A DNA stretch of 64,000 nt from Phoronis australis. Taxonomy: Eukaryota; Animalia; Phoronida. This document shows positions 13,508 through 53,100 of this stretch, piece after piece. The translations under genes were made by a program, and so were the position numbers. The first letter of the stretch is position 1. Each line of letters starts with the position of its first letter. The DNA lies in contig NMRA01000154.1 in assembly GCA_002633005.1 (NCBI GenBank), forward strand, positions 536,873-600,872, given 5' to 3'. Under the pieces are notes generated by a model that was given only the letters and a program-made list of their open reading frames with translations, was not told the DNA's origin and searched no databases.

Positions 13508-14457
13508 NNNNNNNNNNNNNNNNNNNNNNNNNNNNNNNNNNNNNNNNNNNNNNNNNNNNNNNNNNNNNNNNNNNNNNNNNNNNNNNNNNNNNNNNNNNNN
13601 NNNNNNNNNNNNNNNNNNNNNNNNNNNNNNNNNNNNNNNNNNNNNNNNNNNNNNNNNNNNNNNNNNNNNNNNNNNNNNNNNNNNNNNNNNNNNNNNNNNN
13701 NNNNNNNNNNNNNNNNNNNNNNNNNNNNNNNNNNNNNNNNNNNNNNNNNNNNNNNNNNNNNNNNNNNNNNNNNNNNNNNNNNNNNNNNNNNNNNNNNNNN
13801 NNNNNNNNNNNNNNNNNNNNNNNNNNNNNNNNNNNNNNNNNNNNNNNNNNNNNNNNNNNNNNNNNNNNNNNNNNNNNNNNNNNNNNNNNNNNNNNNNNNN
13901 NNNNNNNNNNNNNNNNNNNNNNNNNNNNNNNNNNNNNNNNNNNNNNNNNNNNNNNNNNNNNNNNNNNNNNNNNNNNNNNNNNNNNNNNNNNNNNNNNNNN
14001 NNNNNNNNNNNNNNNNNNNNNNNNNNNNNNNNNNNNNNNNNNNNNNNNNNNNNNNNNNNNNNNNNNNNNNNNNNNNNNNNNNNNNNNNNNNNNNNNNNNN
14101 NNNNNNNNNNNNNNNNNNNNNNNNNNNNNNNNNNNNNNNNNNNNNNNNNNNNNNNNNNNNNNNNNNNNNNNNNNNNNNNNNNNNNNNNNNNNNNNNNNNN
14201 NNNNNNNNNNNNNNNNNNNNNNNNNNNNNNNNNNNNNNNNNNNNNNNNNNNNNNNNNNNNNNNNNNNNNNNNNNNNNNNNNNNNNNNNNNNNNNNNNNNN
14301 NNNNNNNNNNNNNNNNNNNNNNNNNNNNNNNNNNNNNNNNNNNNNNNNNNNNNNNNNNNNNNNNNNNNNNNNNNNNNNNNNNNNNNNNNNNNNNNNNNNN
14401 NNNNNNNNNNNNNNNNNNNNNNNNNNNNNNNNNNNNNNNNNNNNNNNNNNNNNNNNN
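13508..14457. other. Assembly gap (others: 10255-10557, 57534-58411; single n at 4507, 16651, 61431)
   Basis: N runs. Confidence 1.
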
Positions 14458-16643
14458 TATTTTTAATGAGATTCACGTTATTAGTACATGTATGTCAAAT
14501 GGACGCATTGCCAAAATAACTTTCAGCTGTAAACGTAAGAAATTCCTACCGCGGGCAACAAAATCCGGGCGGTGAAATACTGGAAGAAATAACGTCATCT
14601 CAGAATGTTGCCTTGGAAACTTCAGTTATAACTTCGCTTTATTTTGAAGAGTGAAACTTCACTTTATTAGGCACTGGTTTGGACACAGTTTATGCTTTGA
14701 AGACACACATTGTATTAGGAGTCGTTTCAAAACCCCTTGTTGAGTTTCTGGTAGTCGTCCTGGCCCCAGGGGTGCATGTGATAAAGAACTGACCGAATTT
14801 CATGAGCTTCCGTACGTCAAAATTCATCTAAACGCCAATTCCATAGTGCATTTTGCTGTTTGTGGAGTCGAGTGACGGATATTTCTCCGAATTTTAGCCT
14901 TCATCTCAGTTCACCGAACACCAATTTCTTACAAAGTTAGCTTCTAATTATTAGCAAAGTTGTCTCGCAGCGCGCTTTAGGTTAACTACGCAGGGGTATA
15001 GTTGCAAAGTATTTTTAAATCCGTATTTGTTGTGTGGAATTTTTAGGCAAGTCCAATTTTCACTTACCGGTCCGGGAAAGCAAGTGAGACGGGGCAGCCC
15101 AAATGAAGTTTAGAGCCCTCCCCCAGAAAATTTTATAATTCATTCGTGGTAACGTGAATTCTGGTTTATTCTAAAAGAAGCCTTTATCGGGTCATGATTT
15201 AAACTTAACTGCAATGCTCGTAAAAAGCTTTGTTTGCGATTGACAGTAAGTTCATTATTTTGGAATCCTTTTATCGTTATAAAAACCATCGAAATATTTT
15301 ATGCAATTCACAGATAAGGTCTTCATGCTTTTCAAACTCTATCCTTTCAGTGGCTGATGGTGCCATTTTTTGTTGTTATTGTCTTGTTTTTTCAGTGTAG
15401 TTTGGTATTATTCGGTTGTTTGGCCTCTTTTCTTGCCACTGTTTTGGCTCAGGTAAACGTGTTATGTGGTTTTCTCGACCAGTTTGAAATTTTCTTTAAA
15501 TACTTGCCCATGTGAATAGTTGACAGCGCCGGATTTTAAGGGGCAAACGGCATATCACGCCAGACCACCCTCCAAGAGACAGTTAAAATTCCATAACCTA
15601 GTGACGCTCCTAGAGTTAACATTGATTGCATACATTCACGAATACAGATTAAGAGAGGCACTTGATTCCATCATTGTGTGACACCCTTGAAGAAAAATGG
15701 TGTAAATAAAGAACAGGAAAAGGGTGCCACCAGGGGCTAGGTCTCCTTAATTTGAATTGATATATAGGCCTAACTTCAGGAAATTATCAGAAATTGGTGC
15801 TATCTTTAAGTTCCCGCTCATCATCAGGTTCCCAAGTTTAAAAAGAGAATAACAGGCGACTCCATTAAACCAGAGAAGGGTCAATGAGAAATAGTTTTGC
15901 ATTCAAAAATTTTTGCTTTGGAATAGCTGCACTTAAACAGTTTTCTCGGACTTTTTGTCTATCAATTGAGAGCACGTTTTCCAGTGCGTCCAAGCAATTG
16001 TAAAATTCTGGGTATCCCTAACAATGAAAAATGTCCTGGCCAGGGCACACAAAGAGCGAATACAGCACTGGTAGTTGACGAATGTTCTGTTAAATTGTTT
16101 CTCATAGTTTCGCTGTGTCTTTGTTTTCTTGAATGTCCCCACTATCTCTACTGTGACAACTATGCCCGTTGCCGGCATGCACGGCCGGATCCACACTGAG
16201 AGCCTTGGTAACTGAAGTCTTGCATATAGGCTAATGAATGCGCCAAAATATAAAAGTATATACACCATGATTACAAGTTCTACGTTCTTCTCATTTTCAC
16301 AACACAGGCGCTGCCGTTGAGCTACAACCAATCCTATGATTGCATCATATATACATAGGCCTATATAAACACGTACAACACCATATATATTTCATTGAAG
16401 ACACGACTTTGTTCTGTTTTTACGAGTTTAATTTCAGTTCTTTCCAACTCTCTAAATAGAGATCTTGTGTTTACATCACAACAGTGCAATGAAAATCCAA
16501 TCGACATCACTAGGTAACATAATTTACATAGCGATATTTCGAGACACACGCCGGCTTCAGGCTACTATTTTTTACTACTAGTTCACAGTGAAACGCAGAT
16601 CAGAAATGACAACTAACTTTTACACACAGGTGGCCTACCAACT

Positions 16644-16870
16644 CATGGGGNCCAATTTAGCGAATTCCCGGGGCAAAAAGGCGCCTCATCGAAACAGAAA
16701 GACCGAGTAAAGGAGACAAAAGGAATTCGGCGCAGATGCACAATCCGTAGGCCTGAACCTAATGGTCCCGTTTTTTTTTTGTTTTTTTTTAGTCCTCGTT
16801 GATTTTTTTTCAGTAAAGGTCCGCAGTATTACCCGCGGCCCCCCTATATTTTAGGCTGGGTTCGCACATG
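16644..16870. mobile_element. MITE with 5-bp TSD about 330 bp upstream of the myosin ATG
   Basis: CAACT on both flanks (16639-16643, 16871-16875); ends CATGGGGACGTCCAG (read from the other copy near 10226) and CTGGGTTCGCACATG. Confidence 0.6.
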
Positions 16871-17197
16871 CAACTCATACAGTTTCCAAGACCACAAATT
16901 TCCCTCTAGTTTTTGGTTTTTTGACTGAGACGCTAGGAAGAAAAAAAACGATCGGGTCATTTCTGAAATTGTCAAGTTCATGCTCACAGTTGCCGGAGCT
17001 TTTCTGCAAGCCGAGTTCACGATAGAGTGCTACACTTTGTTTTCCGATGACGTCACTCTGTCCATTGCGCATGTGTTGCCTCAATCAAACTTCCTATGGA
17101 ACTTGGGCGGAAAATCTGAGTCAGGAGTTCGTGATGTGCTGAATAAAGCGCTCTCAAAGTTTTAATTCTAACTTTGATTAGACACATAAGCAACAGA

Positions 17198-43523
<26,326 letters not shown>

Positions 43524-44077
43524 GAGCTGTCAGCCACAGATGTACTCAAAATGCCAATGGTTATAATCTCATGGTTTTATACTTTACTACGATTGGTCGT
43601 TTACCACCACTCTCATGCTGTTCGTTGTCCCTTAGTATTGCATGTTACCTTTAGGAGGCGCTGATCACATGTGAAGGCTTGTCAAACTCTGCTTCAGAAC
43701 AGGGAGGGAGGGACATTCATCTAGTGTTTGCCCTACACTTCCAAACGCTGGGGTTCCATGGATTTGCCTTCCAAAACGTTTGGGATCCGTTTCAATATTT
43801 CTTGGGATCGGTGAAAACAATCGAGAAATTCATTGCACAAATGCAGACTGGCAGTCAAATTGTTTTGAAATGTGAGCCCAGCCTACTGGTAGTTCTATCG
43901 AATAGAAAATAGAGGAAGGCAACTAACAAGTGAATCTGATGGTTTTTATTTATTGTATTTTATTTTTTCTCATTACCCTGTCTAAATTGTGTTTAAATTG
44001 GTGCACCCATCAACTATGACACAAACTTAATTGCAATGTCAAATGATGCCACAACACGGCCTCGGGAGATTGCTGTA

Positions 44078-44245
44078 CATCGGATCCCATATGTGGGTGA
44101 ACATAGTTTATTATATGGGGTTCATACATCCATATATGGGGTTCATACATCCATATATAGGGTCCATACATCCATATATGGGCTCCATACATCCATATAT
44201 GGGGTCCATTCATCCATATATGGGGTCCATACATCCATGTATGGG
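44078..44245. repeat. 21-bp minisatellite in the myosin 3'UTR region
   Basis: CATCCATATATGGGGTCCATA units, immediately followed by AATAAA at 44259. Confidence 0.92.
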
Positions 44246-44258
44246 TATGGAGATGCAG

Positions 44259-44264
44259 AATAAA
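44259..44264 (+). terminator. Candidate myosin polyadenylation signal
   Basis: First AATAAA noticed after the stop (about 740 nt); alternatives near 45749 and 46692. Confidence 0.35.
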
Positions 44265-44476
44265 ACACACAGTGCATAAACAAATCATGTGTTCATTGGC
44301 AGGAGTTTTATTAACTATTTATAGTATTAATCCTAATAACAAAATATTTTCCATTCAGTGTTTGTCATCCTTCTCTGATATCATCGCATTTGAAATATAT
44401 TGCTCTTAGATTTTTCTTGATGTTGCAGCCATGGTGACAGAAGCTGCTTTTTATTCAATTGGTGCTTAAAGAACAT

Positions 44477-44732
44477 CAGGGCTTAGAATGGTCTTCTTTT
44501 AAGAGGATTTCCTCATTTTTTGTTTCGATTGCCTCTTTTTTAATTTCCAGTTTCCTCTTTTTCCGTCTTCTTTTTACCATTATTTTGACTTTATTATTCA
44601 TGCAAAAACGTTTATCTCAGTGAAATTTTTAAAACACAAAACATATTTCTATCACACCAGCCTATTCATTTGTGGAATGTTAAATCACCTGGAAATTTTT
44701 CCTCTTTTTGCCACTGGTCATTCCAAGCCTTG
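44477..44732. mobile_element. Degenerate hAT-like MITE with the same TIR family
   Basis: CAGGGCTTAGAATG ... CATTCCAAGCCTTG; flanks AAGAACAT / AAGTAAAT (6/8 match). Confidence 0.6.
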
Positions 44733-47050
44733 AAGTAAATAACCTTGAACTGAGTGTTTAAGACTTACTGCTTTTACACTTGAAAGTTGGTCTTTCAAGT
44801 TGTAGATCATTTGAGTAGCCTTGTGACCGATGTATTGTTCATAATTGATATCGTTTTCTATGCTTTTGCTTTTTACCAATCCGACTATGAATATTGCATG
44901 TCCTGAAGATAACAAGAACAATTTTTGTTGGGAAATGTCACTGTTTTGGATATAATCTTGTCCAGCATTGTAACAGTGTATTCATATACCACACATAATC
45001 AAGGAAAACGTTAGACCATGGGTGGATTATGGCGATGCTTTGAACTGCTTAGATGCACAGAAACCAATAAGCTGCATGAGACTGGACTTTTACTGAGTTC
45101 ACCATTATACTCAGCCCATCTCGTCTCATCAAACTTCTTGCTTCATGCAGGCTCATTTTCGTGAAAACTTTTTAAAGTAGATTTTAGATGTACCAGAGCC
45201 CAATTGGCTGTGGTTCGATCCTTGGACAGGGGGTGAAATGTTTGTATAAGCTGTCATTTTTTAGCATTTGCTTTTTTAAAGGATAACTGCAGCAATTAAC
45301 TAATCACAGGAATCTATTTAACTGGTGAAACAACTGAACTTGAGCATGACATTTGCCATACTGATTTATAGTGTCAATCTCAAGTTGACTTGCTATCATG
45401 GCGAGTCTGTTGGTTGTTGTATAACGTTTGTGGAGCAATTTTTCCCTCGTATTTTATTCTATTTAATGGTTACTGAAGTGACAGTGTGGCTAGTTAACAG
45501 CAGGCAGTTGGAACGTTTTCCGTTAAGTTTAGAACTCGGTAAGTTTTAACATTTCAATTATCTGATAATGAAGATATCAAGTTGGGATTACCAAAGTGAG
45601 CTACTGTTTTAGACATGTTAAACACCAGGGCACTTAGTTATCAATATGAATGCAACACCCTTGGGGTATTCAAGAGCCATAAAATTTTGGTTTTCTCGTC
45701 CAAAACTTAAGTTGTTTTCACTGTACTGTAGAACCTAGTGGTTTTCAAAATAAACTGGACAGTGTGTAAATTTGATGAAATTTCAACACAAAACTTAACT
45801 AAAATAGATTTCTTTTACGTTAGAGCAAGATTTCAAATGGGGCTAAACCTAGACAGGTGCTGCCCCATGCTTTTTGTCTAAATAGGACTGGTCTTGCAAG
45901 TCCATTTACTAATTAACCTTTAGCAGCTAAGCACAATATAACTTTAAACTCCGGCTTAAGATCGACAGTAGTGTCATTTTATTGCCACAAGAATTCTAGC
46001 CACAAGTTCGGTCACGTTTGCTAGATTATATTAACTTCATTTTGTACACTACTGAATGCAGGTGATGGCCATGATTACGATCATGTAACCTTTCTTTATT
46101 TGTTCACCAATTCTCTTTCTGCCCGCTTCTCTCCAGCTTTCATTAATCTAGTTGATACATGGAACTGGATGTAAATATGTCCAGTTGTTCCCAGACAAAG
46201 TTGCAGCAGTCAAGAAGGATTTTGAACAGATTGGAAAGTGCATTAGACTAGACCATGATCACATGTTGAACCAGTAGAGTGGCACTAATTGACTCACCGC
46301 AAGCTCTGCCCCCTTGCGAAATGTCAACAAACAAACACTTAGTTTTGCGCGGCAATGTGTTATTTGTCGGGTAAAATGGCGGCTTGGAAACTAAGGTGTG
46401 TCAAGAATGCTGTGTTCTGATTGATCAGTTGAGCAGTCTCTTAAAATCCTGGCGATAGGTCAATTGGAAAGCCGGTGCTTAATCGAGTTGGAATGGTGTT
46501 AATCTGTTGTGCCAGGTGTCACTGTGATCAATGTTTTTACATTTTTTATACGTCAGTTTTACAGTTTCAGGACACAAGTGGTCTATTTTAGTGCTCACAT
46601 TCCTCTATTTATAGTATGTGGCAATATTGTATACACACACAGTGACTTTGTATTTGCTATGCTTTTGAAACTTGTTATTCATAAATTGTTAAATAAATAC
46701 ATTAATATTACACACAAAAATGACAGATTTGTACTCCTGAACACAAACCTAAAGCTATATCAGTTACAAAAATAACTCACTTCCAATGGTTGGGAATACA
46801 CAAGACAAAAGCTAAAAGGAAGTCCCTCCAAATAAAATGGACATTAAAACGGAGGGTTGTTCGTTTTTAATCCATGCTGAATGAGCATAAAACGTTTGAA
46901 TGCAGTTAGGCCCTATACAAATTTTTGACCAATGGCTAAAGAAACCCTCGCAAGTTGCAAGACTGAAACTCCTCCAACAAGACTTCATGATGCATTTACT
47001 GTTTGACATTTTCGACCACCAGGGGTCACTCATGCTGATGTGACCAGACT

Positions 47051-47199
47051 TCAGGACTGTAACGGAGCATTGTGGGTAGGGCTCTGCACCACATGCTCTT
47101 TCTGCGACACGACTGGCTGTTGGGATGGAACATTGGCTGGTACATTCTCCTGATTGGCTTCAGCTGGAAGTGGGATAGACTTTCCAGAGAGAATATCAT
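47051..47199 (-). CDS. Kelch gene exon 8 (tail, stop)
   Basis: ttcctttccag acceptor; HDILSGKSIPLPAEANQEN...PLQS-TGA in the phase required by exon 7. Confidence 0.8.
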
Positions 47200-50100
47200 C
47201 TGGAAAGGAAATTCAGTAATTAATTTAATTTGTGACTTAATTTTGAGCAACACTGTCATCAGATACAGTCGTAATGTTAACAACTTTTAAACAAAAGGGT
47301 AATAATAGTAATAATAGTCTGATGTAATGTGCCCCCATTTTGATAACTCGATTTCTCCACAATAACTGCGCGAGCATCAAACTGGTTCTCAAAATGTGGA
47401 CACATATCCGACTATTGCCCAAAAAAGACAATAAACATGTATTTCAACTTCAAAGGCCTCTCACAATGGTGGGTTTAAAGGGGACAGATTCCATCATTTA
47501 GCAGTTCATGGTGCAAGTGTCTGACGGGCAAAATCTTGGCTAATACACTACCCCCCACACCTCAACTCAAAATCCTGGATCCGTCCCTGTCACGTGCGTA
47601 AAGCAGTTCATACAATTTCTCTGACTTGGCAAATTTAAATTCTCACCAAGCATTGACTTCTTAACATTGAAAAAAGTTTGTTCACTCAAACCAACTGGTA
47701 GAGTATACTGAATGCACTCACGAGTGGAAACCGTGAACAGATCCCCATGGTAACTTTGACACTGTTGCGTCTCGGCATGGAAGTCTCCAGAGCCGCCGAA
47801 CACGACTAACTGATCGCCTACAACGGTGGCAGTGTGGCAGCCGCATGCGTGCATCGGATTACCACTAGTCTTGGGCTGGAGCCACTCCAGACTTTCTGAA
47901 ATACATCGTTAGGGTAAATATTTGTTTAACAATCCACTCCATAGACATGCCATGAACTAAAAAAATAATGCAATTGAAGAATACATGTTTCATTCAAAAA
48001 GGAAATGGTACTGTTACTTTTTATGGAATATACTTGCTCAGAACACAAAATGGCCATGGGACTATAAACTGAATAGGATGTTATCACCGTTTTGGTTGAC
48101 GAGCTTAATCAAAAAGTGAAAAACGAACTTCATAATTTGTAACAAAGAAACTCTTCATCTTAACCCCATCATTTTAATGTGTATGGACAGGAAATTGCAC
48201 GTTGTCTGTTGACAAAGACTTGCAGTTTGCTCAGGAATTTCGACCATCACAAGTGAGCTACTTTGGACACACTATTGTGATGAATTATGTCATGAGTTCT
48301 TGACAACTAAGTTCAAAAACCCAATGGAGTTTTAAAAACTACTGATAATAAGAATTCCTCACTATAAAACTTTTCCCCATTTATTACAACTTGTCAAAAT
48401 AGAGTTCTTATCTCTCGCGATGGACTATGTCACTAACTCAATCTGCAGAGTTACTAAGACTACCAATAGAGATAGTAAGTGTATGCAAAGAGAAAGTAAT
48501 TCTGTCAATAAAGTAGTAAAAATCCCGTGTTGACTCAACACAAGAAAAGATTTCTATTTTCTACCTGTATCGAAGATGTGGAAGTCGTTAAAATGTTTGT
48601 TGTCTTGGCTGCGACCACCAAGAATGACAACACGTCCACCAACAGATGTCGCTGTATGGAATGAGCGAGGCTCAGGCTGCCGTCCGCTTACTTTCAGATC
48701 TGTCAACCACTTCTTGGTAGCTATGAAAGGTGGAAGGAGCAGAGTTAGACAATTTCGAAGAAATAGATATTCAAGGAGATAGTCATTGGTAATAATGTCC
48801 GAGTAAAAACACAAAGCATTACGGTTAACTCAGGCAAAATTTCAAAGAAGTAATACACAAGCACACCCTGCACTCACAACCCTCAAATTAATGAAACCCA
48901 ATTAGACTAAATTTAGTATCCTGCAAGTTGCCAATACGACCTCAGAGGTCGTCTGGTACCCTGATGAAAATCCAAATTTGCCACACCACTTCCAAGAATG
49001 CCCCCAAAATACTACAGGAAAGAAACAGATGGCAAAAACCAAATGGGACCCCGATTGTGCTCATTTGCTTCTGAGTAGGCAAGCCTGTATGAGGGATATT
49101 GGGCCGCGAAATGAAAATGGTCGTCGCTGAGCACGCGAAACACTTCTAATCCGTTCGAGCAATAACAATGCCACCCAAATCCCAAGTTCACCAGCTTTTT
49201 ACTAATCGGGTATTCCATTATCGGCTCTTGCCAATGAGGTTCAGTCGGCAACCTAGGGAACTTTACCAATTCATATTTGATGAGTTGACGTTAAACTAAG
49301 TGTAGAGCCCTGACACCTAAAATACTTCAAACATGGCAGAAACAACTCACTCGTATCAAAGATGTGCAAATCGTTCCTCCTGCATTGCTGATCCCGTCCT
49401 CCAAATATCACCAGTTTGTCGTTGACAGCACACATGCCAAAGGCAGCCCGTGGAGTTGGAACACCCAGGTTCATATGCATCGGCTGTGTCCATGTTCTGG
49501 TTTCTGAAAACAAAGTATAGTCCAACAGCATTGACCTCACACACAATGTGTGTGCTATATAGTGCTTCGTTAACAGGTAATTATGAATCACTCGGCAAGC
49601 AACCGTGTTTACAACCTTGCTTGCATGCATTGGTGGACTTCTTCAAAAAGATAAAATCTATGTGAGTGGGCATTTTTTCTTCAAAATGAAAAATATCAGC
49701 TTTATCGATTTGTGAACTAAGGCAAATCCTTTACTGTGTCCTGGGACTGTCTCTATGCACAAGACTCATAACCAATCCTGTGGAGACAGTAGTTGGTGTT
49801 ATTTTGTTGAAGCAAAATCCAATTTAACTCCTTACCTGTATCTAATACAAACAGTTCGTTGAACCAGCCAAACTCTGCCCCCTCTTGGTCACCCTCATCC
49901 TCGTAATCATCGTCTTCTGTGTTGCCCCCGGAGATATCATCAATCTAGAAAATAAAAAGTTGATGATGAACGACAAATACTTGCAAGTCATTCTAGAGAT
50001 TTTTGATCCATATTGTTTCAGGCACTCAGATGAAACGGATGAATTCATTTTCAACTTTTCTAAGCACTCTACACAATGACATGATTTTCACAGCAAATGA

Positions 50101-53100
50101 TATCCCACAATACTAAGCCACATGAGAGCATTTTTCATTGGTCAGTCTTTCACACATTAACTTCAACTGACCAATCAAGAAAGGGGAACCCGATGCAAAT
50201 TATTTATGGACTGATACTATTTCCATTACTTACCAAATTCTCTACCCCAAACTTTGTCAATTTCACTTCAAAAACGATGACAACTTCAAAGTCATTTTTT
50301 CCTTTCCATGAACGTTTTTTAACAAGTCTGCTCGAATCCACAACATTTTGATACCTATGTATAAAGATTTTTAAGGCTTACAGGTGCATACAATGCAAGA
50401 TCAGTAGAAGCTGGAAGCCATGATTGTTATTTACATCAATGTTCAGATTGACTTACATCTTCCTCGGCAGACTTTGGTCCAAATCCTCCAAAGACGTAAA
50501 TATTGCTACCGACAACAGCAGAACGTAATTTATCTCGCGGGCTCGGGCCACGACCTTGTGTCTCCACTGGGCTCCAATGGCAGGACACTGAAGTGAAACA
50601 TATGCGACTCTTTCATCAAAGAAAATAAATGGTATGAATTTAAAATCATAAGCTTATATCTAATTTGTAGTTCACCGGCATTATTTATATGGTCAGGCAT
50701 CGTCTAAGTCCACACCAACCTTGCAGAATGAAATTAACATATTAGGACGGCAGAACAGAACAATGCTTGTAAATAATAATTCTTGTAATAGAGTAATCAT
50801 AACAATGCTTGTAAATAATAATTTTTGTAATAGAGTATCATAACAATGCTTGTAAATAATAATTTTTGTAATAGAGTATCATAACAATGCTTGTAAATAA
50901 TAATTCTTGTAATAGAGTATCATAACAATGCTTGTAAATAATAATTCTTGTAATAGAGTATAATCATAACTGCAAGTTAACTGTAGCATCTCAATACAGT
51001 TGCACAAACAAGACAATACTAAAATCTAGTTTCTTCATCTAGCTGTGTGAGTGATGACAATTGAATCTACAGACATGTCTGGAAAGGGGCACCATGCCCT
51101 TAAAAGATACTTAATCACCTGTGTCAAACATTTTTACATAATTTTTTTTTTCATGATGAAACATTTATTAATTCAACCAATCAGTACATAGTTGTGCGAC
51201 AATATGACATCTAGTTAAGTGTACATCAAACAAACTACGAACATTATCGGACCCTATAAAAGCTAGTTAGGCAAAAAAAGACATAATTACCTGTGTCAAA
51301 CATGTAAACATCTTCAAACCAGCCGCAGGCGTGACTTAGACCTCCAAACAGAAACAGGTTACTTCCAACAGCAGACATCGTGGCTGATGACCTGGGGGCA
51401 GGAACTTCACCTTTGACCTCGACCTTTGACCAAGACCCAGTATCTGTAGGAATTTTTTTATTTAGTTTGGGGTGGTAGGACTGTTATAAATTTGTAAATC
51501 TGTTGGATTCTCATGACAATACTCCTGCTTAGCCTGGTTTGTTGTCCCAGAATTCTAAGCATTGGAAGCCAGAGAACTTATGCCTTAGAATTTGTTCAGA
51601 AACCAGCTGAACTCAAGTTTGTTCTCAGAACATTTAAACCCAGCGCTGTCTAGGATTGTGCAACGTTCTTCATTTTCACTAACTGAAGCCGAATGAATTT
51701 GTGAATGATTGCATTGCAAATTCATGTCATTTGGCTACAAATGGCAACTGCAGAGAAACTCTCAAATCATATTTACATGATCACTTTGTGTGTATGAATT
51801 ACACAATGAAAGTACCTAAAGCAATTAAAATGGCCGTAGCCATAGAGACTACTTTGATGGATGTCAGTGAACTACAGACTGGTACATTGTAAGAGATAAA
51901 GTGTCAATCACCAAAAATAAACATACTGCTGTACTTTGCAGTCAGGCACGCACTGCAGAAACACAGTATTTTTGTTGCGGAAGGAAACATACAGTAACAC
52001 AGCATCAACATAAACATCTGAAATGAACCTATTGTAAACAAGAGCAATGCCTATCGTTGATACATATGTATGCACCCACCATGTATATCGCATATAGCCC
52101 GGATACAAGGGATGATTACTATTTTAAACATTCATACTAGAAGGAGTAATGCTAATAAACTTCTATTAAAGGACTCTTTCATACATACACAAATACATGT
52201 ATGCTAGTAATCTGCTCAATGTGGTATGTACATCCTCTCAACCAAATTTCATGTTGATACGACAAAAATGTGGCCTGTAGCACGCCTACTAACAACTTGT
52301 GATATACTTACCGGGATTTTCTGTGGATAAGTCCATATATAGGGGATGTGTATTAAGAAAATGAAATTTTTCAAGTGTTCTGTAACACCAAATAAATGCC
52401 TGGGCAGTCATTCGGAAAAGGAAGTGTGCAAACGGAAAGTCATAGGTTTGGCTAAGCAAATGCCAGCATGAAGCACGATTTGTATTTCTGTAATTGAAAC
52501 AGCTCTTCTTGGTAGATTGGTAGACCTTAAAGGGACTGTTGCTAATACATAGATACCTGTTAACAATGTTAATTGTGTAAAAGCCTATCAATGTTTGCAA
52601 TATCTGACCAGTGCCAAAGTTGTGACACCAAATAAACGCCCATGGGCGACTGGACGTTTCATCGAATGGACTATCTAAGGAAAATCCAGCTACTAGCGGT
52701 AGGTCAGATAGTAACATAGCCTTGGTACAAAGCTGTATATAAATATACAGATTTGCACCTATGTGGGTAAAAAAGTGGCAAGATAAAATCTGACACAGAA
52801 TTGGTGTCATTAAAAACTACAGTCTTCCTTGAGTAAACTAAATTATTTAACGGTGTTGGCAAAAATGGCGTTCTACCGTTATTCTGCTGCTAAAGTTGTG
52901 GAGCAATCTTTAGCGACGGCTTTCGGTGCCGTGAAATATTGCGTCACCTATTGGCCATTTTCTTTTTCCGCCGATTCTTCAATCAACTGTTGTTCTTTCA
53001 CGAGCTTCCGTACACGTCACAACAAATTATCAGAACTTGTTTCACTTCATTATAAGTTTTTAGAATTTTGATACCGAAAAATCGAATTTCAGAAGAAATT

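Noticed and set aside
13273-14575. Long ORFs full of X (also 10171-10690 and 57428-58463)
   Set aside because: Artefacts of N gaps.
44010-44288. Repetitive ORFs (HIWMYGP / IHPYMGS)
   Set aside because: Translations of the 21-bp repeat downstream of the myosin stop.
45970-47050. Overlapping 3'UTRs of the convergent myosin and Kelch genes
   Set aside because: Several candidate polyA signals on both strands; transcript ends cannot be fixed from sequence alone.
47026-47283. ORF-track frame for the last Kelch exon (MIFSLESL...)
   Set aside because: Wrong phase relative to exon 7; the correct frame stops at 47051-47053.
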